Assembly (NCBI GenBank): GCA_012797505.1
Contig: JAAZOZ010000159.1
Coordinates: 1-56,109, forward strand
Direction: 5' to 3'
DNA: 56,109 nt
From: Smithella sp.
GTDB taxonomy: Bacteria; Desulfobacterota; Syntrophia; Syntrophales; Smithellaceae
Position 1 is the stretch's first letter; the number at the start of each line of letters is the position of its first letter. The translations under genes and the position numbers were made by a program. Below are positions 21,220 through 31,337 of the stretch, piece after piece. The notes below the pieces were generated by a model that made no database searches, was not told the DNA's origin, and was given only the letters and a program-made list of their open reading frames with translations.

Positions 21220-21508
21220 AAAACGGTATTTTAAACAAGTTATTGATTTAACTGAGCTTGCTGAATTCAGGCCCCTGTGCGCGTTAAAAAACAGGCGACC
21301 TGCATGTCTCTTGCCGATTTGCCCCGCTTCAGGCGCAAATCCGGAAAATGAAGTCCTGCGTTGCGTTTAGGAAGAATGTCGTATTTGTCACGGGGATGCG
21401 ACGAAAATGTCACCCCCGGACAACCGTGCTGCCTTCATGGTCGTTGAATCTCTTAGGGTTCCATTCCCCGCTGCTTGCGGCGGGGGTGTTCATTTTAAAT
21501 TCTCAAGA

Positions 21509-22378
21509 CTAATTGTCGCCCAAGTTAATAGCGAATGTGGCTAATATTTTCCCTGTCTCTACTTCCGCAAGTCGTCTCGTCATTGTATCATTAGGCTTTG
21601 AACCCTTTGATATATGTCTCGAGAGATTTACGGTAACTATGTGCGTTGCTCCCAAAAGCTTACCAATTTGCTTGCGTTGTTCGTCTGATACAAGACCTGA
21701 GTTCTGGAATTGTATTTCGTTCAGAATTTTATCAGTTTGATGACGATCTATTACTATGAAGTTTTTCTGTGTCCTGAAAAAATTGATATAGGTGCTTTCT
21801 GCATAACCAACTATTTCAGTTCCAACACTCTTCTTCCATTTCTCTAATAATTCAGGATCTACTTTATACATGTTTTGAATTTCGCCAGGCAATACAGCCA
21901 ACCGCACATTTGAATCTTTATATACCATTTCCAAGAGGGCATAAAAATCGTTGGGATAGTTATAAGTCGATAATTTCAAGTTTTTCTCAATCTCTTGCCC
22001 ATTCCTGCGTATCTTAATTGTGACTGTTTCGTTTGGGTACATGGAATCTAAGATATCAAAGAGTTGAGATCTTTTCTTGATTACAATACCTTTTGCTTCA
22101 AGAAGAATATCACCAGGCTTTACATCAGCTTCGTCTGCTGGTGTTCCACCATAAACCTCATATATTTCAACTTCATCCTTTTTGTTGTTGATAACATCAA
22201 TTCCGGCGAATCCCTTTTTGATAAAACTGTAGGGATATTTAGAAGCCATTTTATTCATAAGCTCTTGTTCTCTAAGCATTGGATTCTTTGCCATGCATGA
22301 ACAAAGGAAAAAGATTGCAATGATCATCAATGGCAAAAGTACAATGGTCTTGTAGTTCTTGAATTGTTGTAGAATCAT
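21509..22378 (-). CDS. lipoprotein with PDZ domain and CsgG/LpoB-like C-terminal domain, in an AT-rich islet
   Basis: 289 aa from ATG 22378 (GGGGAG upstream). Signal peptide ending FFLCSC. PDZ-like GTPADEADVKPGDILLEAKG. C-terminal RLAVLP...FIVIDRHQTDKILNEIQFQNSGLVSDEQRKQIGKLLGATHIVTV. Confidence 0.75.
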   Translation of the reverse strand: MILQQFKNYKTIVLLPLMIIAIFFLCSCMAKNPMLREQELMNKMASKYPYSFIKKGFAGIDVINNKKDEVEIYEVYGGTPADEADVKPGDILLEAKGIVIKKRSQLFDILDSMYPNETVTIKIRRNGQEIEKNLKLSTYNYPNDFYALLEMVYKDSNVRLAVLPGEIQNMYKVDPELLEKWKKSVGTEIVGYAESTYINFFRTQKNFIVIDRHQTDKILNEIQFQNSGLVSDEQRKQIGKLLGATHIVTVNLSRHISKGSKPNDTMTRRLAEVETGKILATFAINLGDN

Positions 22379-22723
22379 AATACATCTCCCCTTTATTATT
22401 GTAATATCCAACAACAAATGGCGAAAAACATCATGTTTTCCGCTTTTTAAAAAACTGCTTGTTAAATTCTGCTTATTACGTTTAATGCGTCAATTGTGAA
22501 ATGGTTGCCGAAGTTCCGCCGGGGTCTGACCTCAAATTTTGGATCAGGTTCGGGAGGTTCTTCGGTATCGCGGTGTGGTTTATCTCACAGAAAAGGCGTA
22601 ATGTCAACGATGCTTTGTTATATCCGCTACTTCGGCTGTGAAACCGTTGATGGATTACCAGGGGCAAAGAAGGGGATTGCACCACTGCTTCTTGAACATT
22701 GAATACCGGGATTGAGGACGGTA

Positions 22724-22732
22724 TGGTAGAAT
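22724..22732 (+). promoter_or_regulatory. possible extended -10 element upstream of engB
   Basis: TGGTAGAAT (TGnTAnAAT-like) about 120 nt upstream of ATG 22850. No convincing -35. Confidence 0.25.
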
Positions 22733-22759
22733 CTAAAAGGAACTATCGGAAATGTCTCG

Positions 22760-22800
22760 CTGGATTCCGGATCGCGTTTCGCTTGTCCAGAGGAATGACG
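22760..22800 (+). repeat. short hairpin repeat (TGGATTCC...GGAATGAC family), copy 1
   Basis: CTGGATTCCGGATCGCGTTTCGCTTGTCCAGAGGAATGACG aligns with 34852-34889 (about 80 percent by eye). Its termini are mutually complementary. Confidence 0.6.
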
Positions 22801-22849
22801 ATCATGGAGAAGTGGCAGAAAGTTTAGTCGTTCCGACGTTTAGGGTGTT

Positions 22850-23449
22850 ATGAAAATTACCAGTGCCGAATTTGTCAAAAGCGCCGTATGGCCGAATCAG
22901 TATCCGCCGGCCACGATGCCGGAGATTGCCTTTGTCGGGCGATCCAACGTCGGGAAATCTTCGCTGATCAACGCGCTGGTCGGCCGGAAAAGTCTGGCCA
23001 AAACCAGCAACACGCCCGGACGGACGCAGTTGATCAACTTCTTTACCGTGAACAGCAGCCTCTTCTTCGTGGATTTGCCGGGGTACGGTTTTGCCAAAGT
23101 GCCGCGGTCCGTCAAGAAGGACTGGGGGGACATGATCGAAACCTATCTGCGGGAGCGACGGAATCTGGCGCTGGTGGTCTTCATTCTGGATGTCCGCCGC
23201 GATCCGAGCGCGGACGATTTATCCCTGCGCGACTGGCTTGATCACTACCGCATTCCGTACGCGGCGATTCTGACGAAGGCGGATAAATTGTCCAACCAGC
23301 AGGCGCTGGGGCGCAAAAAGCTCATTGAAAAGGCGATGGGGAAGGGGGCGTCGGGAAATACCATTCTTTTCTCCGCGAAAACCAGAAAGGGGTCGGAGGA
23401 ACTCTGGCAGTTTATCGAAAGGCACTTGTCCGGGCTGGAAAATCGGTAG
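22850..23449 (+). CDS. engB: ribosome-biogenesis GTPase YsxC/EngB
   Basis: 199 aa. G1 GRSNVGKSS, G3 DLPGYG, G4 TKADK. Confidence 0.9.
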   Translation: MKITSAEFVKSAVWPNQYPPATMPEIAFVGRSNVGKSSLINALVGRKSLAKTSNTPGRTQLINFFTVNSSLFFVDLPGYGFAKVPRSVKKDWGDMIETYLRERRNLALVVFILDVRRDPSADDLSLRDWLDHYRIPYAAILTKADKLSNQQALGRKKLIEKAMGKGASGNTILFSAKTRKGSEELWQFIERHLSGLENR

Positions 23450-23459
23450 CCTCCCAAGG

Positions 23460-23507
23460 GACGACGTCTGGATTCCCGCCCCCCGACTTCTCGAGGGCAG
23501 GCTTCGC
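23460..23507 (+). repeat. 48-nt hairpin repeat (GGATTCCCGCC...GGAATGACA family), copy A
   Basis: GGATTCCCGCCCCCCGACTTCTCGAGGGCAGGCTTCGCGAGGAATGACA is the reverse complement of 34787-34834 apart from one indel. Confidence 0.85.
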
Positions 23508-23676
23508 GAGGAATGACAGGAGAGGGCGGGCATGACAGAGGAGGTAGGATCATAGAGGGGGCGGGAAGGACAGCGAACGAGCAAAATAGACTTTGAAAAA
23601 CAGGAGGTTTGATTTCGCGGTCCGTTTTGGGCAAAAATGATCGCATGATGAACGGTAGTCAAATATAAATGTCAAT

Positions 23677-23696
23677 GAATACAAGGCCTTGTATTC
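23677..23696. promoter_or_regulatory. perfect 20-bp palindrome, candidate operator upstream of the hdrL-like operon
   Basis: GAATACAAGGCCTTGTATTC is its own reverse complement. It lies 132 nt upstream of GTG 23828, in an AT-rich stretch. Confidence 0.35.
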
Positions 23697-23827
23697 TAAA
23701 ATCCAAATACATTTATCTTCTGCGCTTGACACGATAAATAAAGTGTGTTAGCCGACGGACGCTGATCCGACAATGCGTCGGACGGATTTTTACGGGGCTT
23801 CTTATATAAATTACGAGGTGCGAACAC

Positions 23828-26800
23828 GTGGTAAAAGATAACGAAAAAGTTGGTGCAGTAATGGTGGTCGGCGCGGGTATCGCCGGCATTCAGGCCTCTC
23901 TCGATCTGGCCAATTCAGGAATGAAAGTTTATCTGGTGGAAAGCGGGATCAGCATCGGCGGCGTCATGGCCCAGCTGGACAAAACCTTCCCCACAAATGA
24001 CTGTTCTGCCTGTATTCTGTCTCCGAAGCTGGTTGAAGTCGGACGCCATCCGAATGTAACGATCAAAACAAGGCGCACGGTAGAAGCCGTGGAAGGCGAG
24101 CCGGGAAAATTCAAGGTCAAACTCACCTCCGCCCCCCGGTACATCAACCTGGACAAATGCACGGGCTGCGGCGATTGCGCCAAAGTCTGCCCCATCACGG
24201 TCAAAGCGGAATTCAACGGCAATTTAAGCGAAAGAAAGGCCGTCTATCGGCACTTCCCGCAGGCCATTCCCAGCGGCTTCGCGATCGACAAACTGGGCAC
24301 TTCGCCCTGTAAGGCCCACTGCCCGACGCATATCAGCGTTCAGGGATATGTGGCGCTGATCGCCGAAGGCAAATTCAAGGAAGCCCTCAAGCTGATCAAG
24401 CAGGACAACCCGTTCCCCATCGTCTGCGGACGCGTCTGCAACCATCCCTGCGAATCCGCCTGTATGCGCGGCAAGGTGGATGAACCGATCGACATTATGC
24501 ACCTGAAGCGCTTTGTCGCGGATCTGGATTTAAACAGCGACACGCGCTATCTGCCGGAAAAGAAGGAAAGCAAGGGCAAGAAAGTTGCCGTGGTCGGCGC
24601 CGGCCCCTCGGGCCTCACCTGCGCGTACTACCTGGCCATTGAAGGCTACGATGTGGAAGTTTTTGAAGCCCTGCCGGTGGCGGGCGGCTGGATGGCCGTC
24701 GGCATTCCCGAATACCGCCTCCCCAAGAACGTCCTGAACGCGGAAATCAAGGTCATTCAGGATCTGGGCGTCAAAATCCACCTCAACACCCGCATCGGCA
24801 AAGACATTTCCTTCGACAAACTCAAAAGCGATTACAGCGCGGTATTCATCGGCTGCGGCACAATGAAGAGCAGCAAACTCAATATCCCCGGCGAAGACAT
24901 GCAGGGCGTGGTTCACGGGGTGGATTACCTGATGAAGATCAACCTCGGTGAAAAAGTCGCGCTCGGCGACCGGGTGGCGGTCATCGGCGGCGGCAACGTC
25001 GCGATGGACGCGGTCCGCACGGCGGTGCGCACCGGCTCAAAGAATGTTTTCATTCTGTATCGCCGAACCCGCGCTGAAATGCCCGCTTCTCCCGAGGAAA
25101 TCGAAGAAGCGCTGGAAGAAGGAATTGAAATGAAATTCCTCGTTGCCCCCAAGCGCGTGGTGGGCAAGGATGGAAAAGTCACGGGCGTCGAATGCACGCG
25201 CATGGAACTGGGCGAGCCGGACAAGAGCGGCCGCCGCCGTCCCATTGAAATCAAAGGCTCCGAATTTATTGTGGAATGTGACGCCATCGTTCCGGCCATC
25301 GGCCAGGAAGCGGATCTCTCCTTCATCACCAAGGAAAGTGGCGTTTCCATCAATAAGTGGAACAACCTGGATTACGACGCCGTGACCTACGCCACCAATG
25401 TTGCGGGCGTTTTCACCGGCGGCGACGTTTCCACCGGTCCGCAGACGGTCGTCAAGGCCGTTTATTCCGGAAAGGAAGCGGCGAAGTCGATCGATCGTTA
25501 TCTGCAGGGTCAGGATATGAAGGCCGGTCGCGAAAAAGACTGGACCAAAGACCTGGCGGACAAAGCGGATCTCTCCAACGTTCCCAAAGTTCCCCGGGAA
25601 AAATATCCGAACATGAAACCGGAAGAGCGCCGCACCAGCTTCCAGGAAGTCGGCATCGGCTTCTCCGAGGCCCAGGCGATTGCGGAAGCGCATCGCTGCC
25701 TGGCCTGCGGCATCTGCTCCGAATGTTATCAGTGCGTCGAGGCCTGTATTGCCAAGGCCATCGATCACGATATGAAAGTGGAAGAAGAAACGATTGAAGT
25801 CGGCGCCGTGATTGCGTCGGCCGGCTTTGAAATCTTCGACGCCGGCAAACGCGGTGAATACGGCTACGGCATTTACAAGAACGTCGTCACGGCCCTGCAG
25901 TTTGAGCGCATCCTGTCCGCGTCCGGTCCTTTCTTCGGCCACGTGCAGAGAATTTCCGACGGCAAGGAACCCAAAAAGGTCGCCTTCATTCAGTGCGTCG
26001 GCTCCCGCGATGTTTCCTGCGGCAACAGTTGGTGCTCGTCGGTCTGCTGTATGTACGCCACGAAAGAGGCGATCATCGGCAAGGAACACGCCAAGGGGCT
26101 GGAGCCCACGATTTTCTACATGGACATCCGCGCCCACGGCAAGGATTTCGACCGGTTCGTGAACCGCGCCAAGGACGAATACGGCATCCGCTACATCCGC
26201 TCCATGCCGTCCGCCATCAAGGAATTGCAGCAGTCCAACAACCTGCTGATCAAATACACCAACCCCGACGGCAGCTTCACGGAAGAAGAATTCGACATGG
26301 TGGTTCTGTCGGTCGGTTTGATGCCGCCCAAAGAAGCCAAAAAGCTTTCCGCCAGCCTGGGCATTGAGCTGGAAGAGCACGGCTTCTGCAAGACGGCCCT
26401 GGACAATCCCGTTCAGACGTCGCGCCCCGGCGTGTTTGTCTGCGGCGCTTTCGGCGGCCCGAAGGACATTCCGGAAACCGTCATGGAAGCCTCGGCGGCG
26501 GCGGCCTGCGCGGAGGGGCTGCTGGCCTCCAAGCGCGGCACCATGATTACGCCGGTGGAAAATCCGGAAGAAAAAGATATGCGCGGCCAGGGCGTTCGCA
26601 CCGGCGTGTTTGTCTGCCACTGCGGCATCAACATCGGCGGCGTGGTGAACGTTCCCGAAGTCCGCGACTACGCGGCGACGCTGCCGACGGTCGTTTATGC
26701 GGCGGACAACCTCTTTACCTGCTCGCAGGACACGGCCGTGAAGATGGCGGAAGTGATCAAGGAAAAGGATCTGACCCGCGTGGTGGTGGCTTCCTGTTCG

Positions 26801-28258
26801 CCCCGGACGCACGAAGGGCTTTTCCAGGAAAACTGCGAGAAAGCCGGGCTGAATCGTTATTTGTTCGAGATGGCCAATATCCGCGACCAGAACTCCTGGG
26901 TGCATATGCACGAACCGGAGAAAGCAACGGAGAAAGCCAAAGATCTGCTGCGCATGGCGGTCGCCAAGGCCCAGTATCTGAAGCCGTTGAAACCGGGGCA
27001 GTTGTCCGTCAACCATCAGGCGTTGATTATCGGCGGCGGACTGGCCGGCATGACGGCGGCCCTGTCGCTGGCCGATCAGGGGTTTGCTTCCACGATCGTT
27101 GAAAAGGAAGACCGCCTCGGCGGCAATTACAATCACCTGTACAAAACGCTGGAAGGCCTGGACGCCCAGGCGCACCTGAAAGGGCTTCATGAAAAAGTTT
27201 ACAAGAATCCTTTGATCACGGTCGTCACCGGCGCCGCCATTGAAAAGATTGAAGGGTTTATCGGCAATTACAAAACCACCGTCAAGTCCAAGGAAGGCGA
27301 GAAAGTTTTCGAACACGGCGTGGTGCTCGTCGCCACCGGCGCGTATGAAAACAAGCCCAAAGAGTACCTCTACGGGGAAAACGCCAAAGTGAAAAGCCAA
27401 AGAGAGCTGGAGAAGATGATCTATGAAAAGGATCCGAAACTGGCCTCTGTGAAAAATATCGTCATGATTCAGTGCGTGGGCAGCCGCGATAAGGAAAGAC
27501 CGTATTGCAGCCGCTACTGCTGCGGAGAGGCGATCAAAAACGCGCTGGAACTCAAAGCCGCCGATCCGTCGCGTGACATTACGATCCTTTATCGCGATAT
27601 CCGCACGTTTGCTTTCAAGGAAGACTATTACAAGAAAGCCCGCGAAGCGAATATCAAATTCATCTCCTATGAAGAAAACCGCAAGCCGGAAGTGGCGGCC
27701 GCCGGAGATAAAGTGGAAGTCAAAGTGCTTGATCCGATTCTCAACGAAACGGTCAGCCTGCCGGCCGATGTGGTGGCCTTGAGCATCGGCGTGGTGCCGA
27801 ATCCGGAAAATGCGGCCATCGGTCAGATGCTGAAAATTCCCACGAACCAGGACGGCTTCTTCCTGGAAGCGCACGTCAAGCTGCGCCCGGTGGATTTCGC
27901 GACCGACGGCGTGTTCATGTGCGGCATGTCGCATTCGCCCAAGTACAGCGACGAAACCGTTACATCAGCCAACGCCGCCGTTTCACGCGCCTGCCTGGTC
28001 TTGAGCCTTGATTTCATCGAGGCGGAAGGCAAAACGGCTTATGTGAACAAAGAACGCTGCTCGGCCTGCGGACTTTGCGAAATCAACTGCCCCTACAGCG
28101 CGATTCGCGTGAATCCCGCCGAAGGGTGCGCCGAAGTCAACGCGGTTCTGTGCAAGGGCTGCGGCGTTTGCACGGCCTCCTGCCGCATGAACGCGGTGGA
28201 TTTGAACGGTTTCAACAACGAAGAAGTGCTGGCGCAGATTTATAACATCAACAATTAA
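23828..28258 (+). CDS. hdrL: giant HdrA-family fusion: HdrA core with inserted GltD/NfnB-type NAD(P)H domain, followed by a second complete HdrA module (HdrL-like)
   Basis: 1476 aa. N-terminal [16 protein letters not shown]...[14 protein letters not shown]. Then [13 protein letters not shown] and [17 protein letters not shown] (GltD-like). Then [12 protein letters not shown]...[11 protein letters not shown] and [13 protein letters not shown] (second HdrA). C-terminal 2x CxxCxxCxxxCP. Confidence 0.85.
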   Translation: MVKDNEKVGAVMVVGAGIAGIQASLDLANSGMKVYLVESGISIGGVMAQLDKTFPTNDCSACILSPKLVEVGRHPNVTIKTRRTVEAVEGEPGKFKVKLTSAPRYINLDKCTGCGDCAKVCPITVKAEFNGNLSERKAVYRHFPQAIPSGFAIDKLGTSPCKAHCPTHISVQGYVALIAEGKFKEALKLIKQDNPFPIVCGRVCNHPCESACMRGKVDEPIDIMHLKRFVADLDLNSDTRYLPEKKESKGKKVAVVGAGPSGLTCAYYLAIEGYDVEVFEALPVAGGWMAVGIPEYRLPKNVLNAEIKVIQDLGVKIHLNTRIGKDISFDKLKSDYSAVFIGCGTMKSSKLNIPGEDMQGVVHGVDYLMKINLGEKVALGDRVAVIGGGNVAMDAVRTAVRTGSKNVFILYRRTRAEMPASPEEIEEALEEGIEMKFLVAPKRVVGKDGKVTGVECTRMELGEPDKSGRRRPIEIKGSEFIVECDAIVPAIGQEADLSFITKESGVSINKWNNLDYDAVTYATNVAGVFTGGDVSTGPQTVVKAVYSGKEAAKSIDRYLQGQDMKAGREKDWTKDLADKADLSNVPKVPREKYPNMKPEERRTSFQEVGIGFSEAQAIAEAHRCLACGICSECYQCVEACIAKAIDHDMKVEEETIEVGAVIASAGFEIFDAGKRGEYGYGIYKNVVTALQFERILSASGPFFGHVQRISDGKEPKKVAFIQCVGSRDVSCGNSWCSSVCCMYATKEAIIGKEHAKGLEPTIFYMDIRAHGKDFDRFVNRAKDEYGIRYIRSMPSAIKELQQSNNLLIKYTNPDGSFTEEEFDMVVLSVGLMPPKEAKKLSASLGIELEEHGFCKTALDNPVQTSRPGVFVCGAFGGPKDIPETVMEASAAAACAEGLLASKRGTMITPVENPEEKDMRGQGVRTGVFVCHCGINIGGVVNVPEVRDYAATLPTVVYAADNLFTCSQDTAVKMAEVIKEKDLTRVVVASCSPRTHEGLFQENCEKAGLNRYLFEMANIRDQNSWVHMHEPEKATEKAKDLLRMAVAKAQYLKPLKPGQLSVNHQALIIGGGLAGMTAALSLADQGFASTIVEKEDRLGGNYNHLYKTLEGLDAQAHLKGLHEKVYKNPLITVVTGAAIEKIEGFIGNYKTTVKSKEGEKVFEHGVVLVATGAYENKPKEYLYGENAKVKSQRELEKMIYEKDPKLASVKNIVMIQCVGSRDKERPYCSRYCCGEAIKNALELKAADPSRDITILYRDIRTFAFKEDYYKKAREANIKFISYEENRKPEVAAAGDKVEVKVLDPILNETVSLPADVVALSIGVVPNPENAAIGQMLKIPTNQDGFFLEAHVKLRPVDFATDGVFMCGMSHSPKYSDETVTSANAAVSRACLVLSLDFIEAEGKTAYVNKERCSACGLCEINCPYSAIRVNPAEGCAEVNAVLCKGCGVCTASCRMNAVDLNGFNNEEVLAQIYNINN

Positions 28259-28302
28259 GGCGAACGGCCGATTCGGCCGCATTGCCGCTGGAAGGAGAAT
28301 AT

Positions 28303-28743
28303 ATGGCTGAAAACACAGCAACCAAGGAATGGGAACCGAAATTCGTTGCCATTGTCTGCAACTGGTGCACGTACGCGGGCGCCGATCTGGCCGGGATCAG
28401 CAGAATTCAGTACCCGACCAACGTGCGCATCATCCGCGTCCCCTGCACGGGAAGAATCAATCCGTTCTATATCGTGAAGGCATTGCAGACGGGAGCCGAC
28501 GGCGTCCTGGTCTCGGGTTGACACCCGGGTGAATGCCACTATATCTCAGGAAATCTGGTGGCGCGGCGCAAGTTTGCGACGTTAAAAAGTTTCCTGAACT
28601 ACATCGGTGTGGAAGGCGACCGGACCATTTTTACCTGGGTCTCCGCCTCCGAAGGCGACAGATGGGCGCAGGTCATCAAAGGCGCAACGGAGAAAATCCG
28701 GGCGCTGGGACCGGCCAATAAGATGGTCAAGCAGATTGGTTAG
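28303..28743 (+). CDS. mvhD: MvhD/FlxD-type [2Fe-2S] protein with in-frame TGA (selenocysteine) at 28519-28521
   Basis: ORFs 28282-28521 and 28558-28743 share a frame. Read-through gives [27 protein letters not shown]..., colinear with the paralog [27 protein letters not shown] (37178-37591). ATG 28303 follows GGAAGGAG. Confidence 0.8.
28534..28563 (+). other. candidate SECIS-like hairpin downstream of the UGA
   Basis: TGCCAC (28534-28539) can pair with GTGGCG (28558-28563) around an 18-nt loop, starting 13 nt after the TGA. No consensus check was possible. Confidence 0.25.
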
Positions 28744-28785
28744 TCTGATTCAGGATCATAATACATAAACGGGGAAATCATCACT

Positions 28786-29796
28786 GTGGAAAACATCGAA
28801 ACAAAATTGCGGGAAGAAGCAAAAAGGCTGCTTTTGGAAAAAAAGGCCGAAGTGATTGTCGGCTATGAAAAAGGAACGCTGCCGCTGACGGCGACGCCTT
28901 GTTTCATTACGAAGCCGGAAGAGGCCGATAAGCTGGTCTGGAACAACCTCTGCACGCAAAACCTGGCCAAATTTGTGCATGATCTCATTTCACAGCACAA
29001 AAATTCACAGAAGCGCGTAAAACCGGAAGACCGGAAAAAGAAAGTCATCGGTGTGGTTGCCCGCGGCTGCACGACGAGGTCGCTCATTATTCACCTTCAG
29101 GAAAGACAGTATGAACGCGGCGACATTTTCATCATCGGCGTTCCCTGCGACGGCTACGTGGACGGCAAGGGGCTGAAAGTGAAGATCGGCGGCGCGGACA
29201 TCATCGACGGCGCCGTCGAGGGCGGCCAGATCAAGATGAAAACGTCCGACGGCGACAAAACGCTGGCGCTCAAAGACGTTCTGGCGGACTGCTGTGTGAC
29301 CTGCCGCTTCAATAATCCCATTATTTCCGACGTCATGATCGGATCGGCGGCCCCGCCGATGAATCCCGACGCGGAATATAATGAAGTCAAGGAATTTGAA
29401 GCCAAGGCGATGGAAGAGCGCTGGGAATATTTCACCAAAGAAATGGCCAAGTGCATGCGCTGCAACGCCTGCCGCCAGGCCTGTCCGTCCTGCTATTGTC
29501 CAACCTGCTTCGTCGAACAGAGCCAGCCGCAGTGGGTGGGCATCGGCGAAGATCAAACGGATACCCAGGTATTCCAGTTCATGCGTCTGTACCATATGGT
29601 CGGCCGCTGCGTGGACTGCGGTTCCTGCGTGGCCGTCTGCCCGATGGGCGTGGATCTGCGCAAGTTCCTCAAGAAACTCGACAAGGATTGCTTTGAATTC
29701 TTCGGCAACCGCGCCGGCTCCGGCATGGAAGACATGCCGCCCCTGGGGAAATTCGATGAGCATCACGACAAAGGCGATTTTGTCTACAACCCGTAA
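28786..29796 (+). CDS. iron-sulfur protein (FlxC-like, 2x[4Fe-4S] with CPxCYC motif)
   Basis: 336 aa. CMRCNACRQACPSCYCPTCF and CVDCGSCVAVCPMG. Paralog of 37608-38474. Confidence 0.75.
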   Translation: MENIETKLREEAKRLLLEKKAEVIVGYEKGTLPLTATPCFITKPEEADKLVWNNLCTQNLAKFVHDLISQHKNSQKRVKPEDRKKKVIGVVARGCTTRSLIIHLQERQYERGDIFIIGVPCDGYVDGKGLKVKIGGADIIDGAVEGGQIKMKTSDGDKTLALKDVLADCCVTCRFNNPIISDVMIGSAAPPMNPDAEYNEVKEFEAKAMEERWEYFTKEMAKCMRCNACRQACPSCYCPTCFVEQSQPQWVGIGEDQTDTQVFQFMRLYHMVGRCVDCGSCVAVCPMGVDLRKFLKKLDKDCFEFFGNRAGSGMEDMPPLGKFDEHHDKGDFVYNP

Positions 29797-29819
29797 TAGT
29801 TTGAGATGATGGAGTTTAC

Positions 29820-30347
29820 ATGGAAACTTTTCTGGAAGAAGTAAACAAAAAGATACACGGTGTTCCCCTGCAGGCCTGCTATCACTGCCGGAAATGCACG
29901 GCCGGCTGCCCCGCCGCGTCCTACATGGAATTTAACCCCAACAAGGTTATTAAAATGATTCAGAACGGGCAGAAGGACAGAGTGCTGTCCAGTTCGACGA
30001 TCTGGCTGTGTCTGTCCTGCGAAACCTGCATTACCCGCTGCCCCAATCAGGTGGACATTGCGCGGATGATGGATGTGCTCCGCCAGATGGCCATTGAAGA
30101 AGGCCGCGCCGCGAAGGAAGCGAATGTGCTGAAATTCCATGAAGCGTTCCTGTCCAGCATCAAGTTCGGCGGCCGCGTGCATGAAATGCTCATGACGGTC
30201 CATTACAAGCTGAAGTCCGGCGATTTGTTCGGCGACGTGGACATTGCCCCCAGTATGTTTTTGAAGGGGAAATTGTCTCTGTTGCCGCCGCGGACAAAAG
30301 ATTTGAAATCGGTTCGAAACATTTTTGAGAAGACACAGAGCAAATAA
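29820..30347 (+). CDS. hdrC: heterodisulfide reductase subunit C-like (2x[4Fe-4S])
   Basis: 175 aa. CYHCRKCTAGCP and CLSCETCITRCP. Confidence 0.8.
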   Translation: METFLEEVNKKIHGVPLQACYHCRKCTAGCPAASYMEFNPNKVIKMIQNGQKDRVLSSSTIWLCLSCETCITRCPNQVDIARMMDVLRQMAIEEGRAAKEANVLKFHEAFLSSIKFGGRVHEMLMTVHYKLKSGDLFGDVDIAPSMFLKGKLSLLPPRTKDLKSVRNIFEKTQSK

Positions 30348-30418
30348 AGGAATGCTGCGCCCCCGGCCGCAAACGGCCGGATGCGCTGAAGTAACCAGTG
30401 AAAAAGGAGGCTACTCTC

Positions 30419-31267
30419 TTGAAAGTTACCTATTATCCGGGCTGTTCGCTGCATGGGATGGGAAAAGAGTATGATCAGTCCATGAAGGCCGTCAGTCGCG
30501 CCCTCAACATCGAACTCAAAGAAGTTGACGATTGGTCCTGCTGCGGAGCATCCGCCGCGCACAACACAAATTTTGATCTTTCCGTTGCGCTGCCGGCGCG
30601 CAATCTGATCGCGGCCGAAAAGGACGCGATGGATGTGATGGTGCCCTGCGCCGCCTGTTTCAACCGCTTCAAAATGGCGGAGCATCACCTGAAGGCCGAC
30701 AAAGACCTGAAAGCCCGCATTGAAGGCGTACTCGGCGCAAAATATCAGGGCGGCATTGCCATCCGCAATCCGATTGACGTGATCTACAATGAAATCGGGA
30801 TGGATGCCCTGGCGGCCAAAGTGGTGAAACCGATGACCGGTTTGAAGCCCGTTTCCTATTACGGCTGCCTGCTGCTGCGTCCGCCGGAGGTCTGCCAGTT
30901 TGAAAATTACGAAAATCCCTTTATGCTCGACAAGATCATGAGGACGATCGGCGCGGATGTGAAAAACTGGTCTTACAAGACCGATTGCTGCGGCGGTTCG
31001 CTGTCGGTCAGCAAAACGCCCATCGTCACCAACCTGTGCGACAAGTTGATGGCGGCGGCAAAGGAAGCCGGCGCCAACTGCGTGGTCACGGCCTGTCCGA
31101 TGTGCATGGCCAACCTGGAGATGCGCCCCAGTGCGAACATGAAAATGCCGGTGTTCTATTTTACGGAATTGATTTCGCTGGCGCTGGGCCTTCCCGGTTC
31201 GCAGGAGACCTTTAAAACGCACCTGACGGATCCGCAGCCGCTCTTGAATCAGCTCCGGCTGGTGTAA
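30419..31267 (+). CDS. hdrB: heterodisulfide reductase subunit B-like (two CCG domains)
   Basis: YYPGCSLHG...CCGAS...CAACFNRF and YYGCLLLRP...CCGGS...CPMCMANL. TTG 30419 lies 8 nt after GGAGG; the ORF track starts at GTG 30398. Confidence 0.8.
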   Translation: MKVTYYPGCSLHGMGKEYDQSMKAVSRALNIELKEVDDWSCCGASAAHNTNFDLSVALPARNLIAAEKDAMDVMVPCAACFNRFKMAEHHLKADKDLKARIEGVLGAKYQGGIAIRNPIDVIYNEIGMDALAAKVVKPMTGLKPVSYYGCLLLRPPEVCQFENYENPFMLDKIMRTIGADVKNWSYKTDCCGGSLSVSKTPIVTNLCDKLMAAAKEAGANCVVTACPMCMANLEMRPSANMKMPVFYFTELISLALGLPGSQETFKTHLTDPQPLLNQLRLV

Positions 31268-31337
31268 TGGAGTCGTTGATAAAACCCGACGCTTTTGAAG
31301 CTGAAAAGTTAGATAAAATAACACATTAGGGACAATT

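Noticed and set aside
21299-21315. Second sigma54-like motif on the plus strand (CCTGCATGTCTCTTGCC), an inverted near-copy of the 21204-21219 site
   Set aside because: The -24 element reads CTGCAT and lacks the essential GG dinucleotide. There is no plus-strand gene downstream to transcribe. It may be a decayed duplicate.
21440-21500. CRISPR-repeat-like sequence (TTCCATTCCCCGCTGCTTGCGGCGGGGGTG)
   Set aside because: It is a single copy here with no spacer-repeat periodicity and no cas genes. A related motif at about 45096-45125 is also solitary. I treat it as a dispersed hairpin repeat.
23726-23754. Sigma70 promoter for the hdrL-like operon (TTGACA-N17-TAGCCG)
   Set aside because: The -35 is perfect but the -10 candidate is poor. 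It is not strong enough to report as a feature.
25037-27934. 965-aa minus-strand ORF inside the hdrL-like gene
   Set aside because: It is antisense to a gene with unmistakable HdrA/GltD motifs. Its translation is low-complexity (R/A/G/F-rich) with no recognisable domain. Long stop-free antisense frames are expected at this GC content and codon bias.
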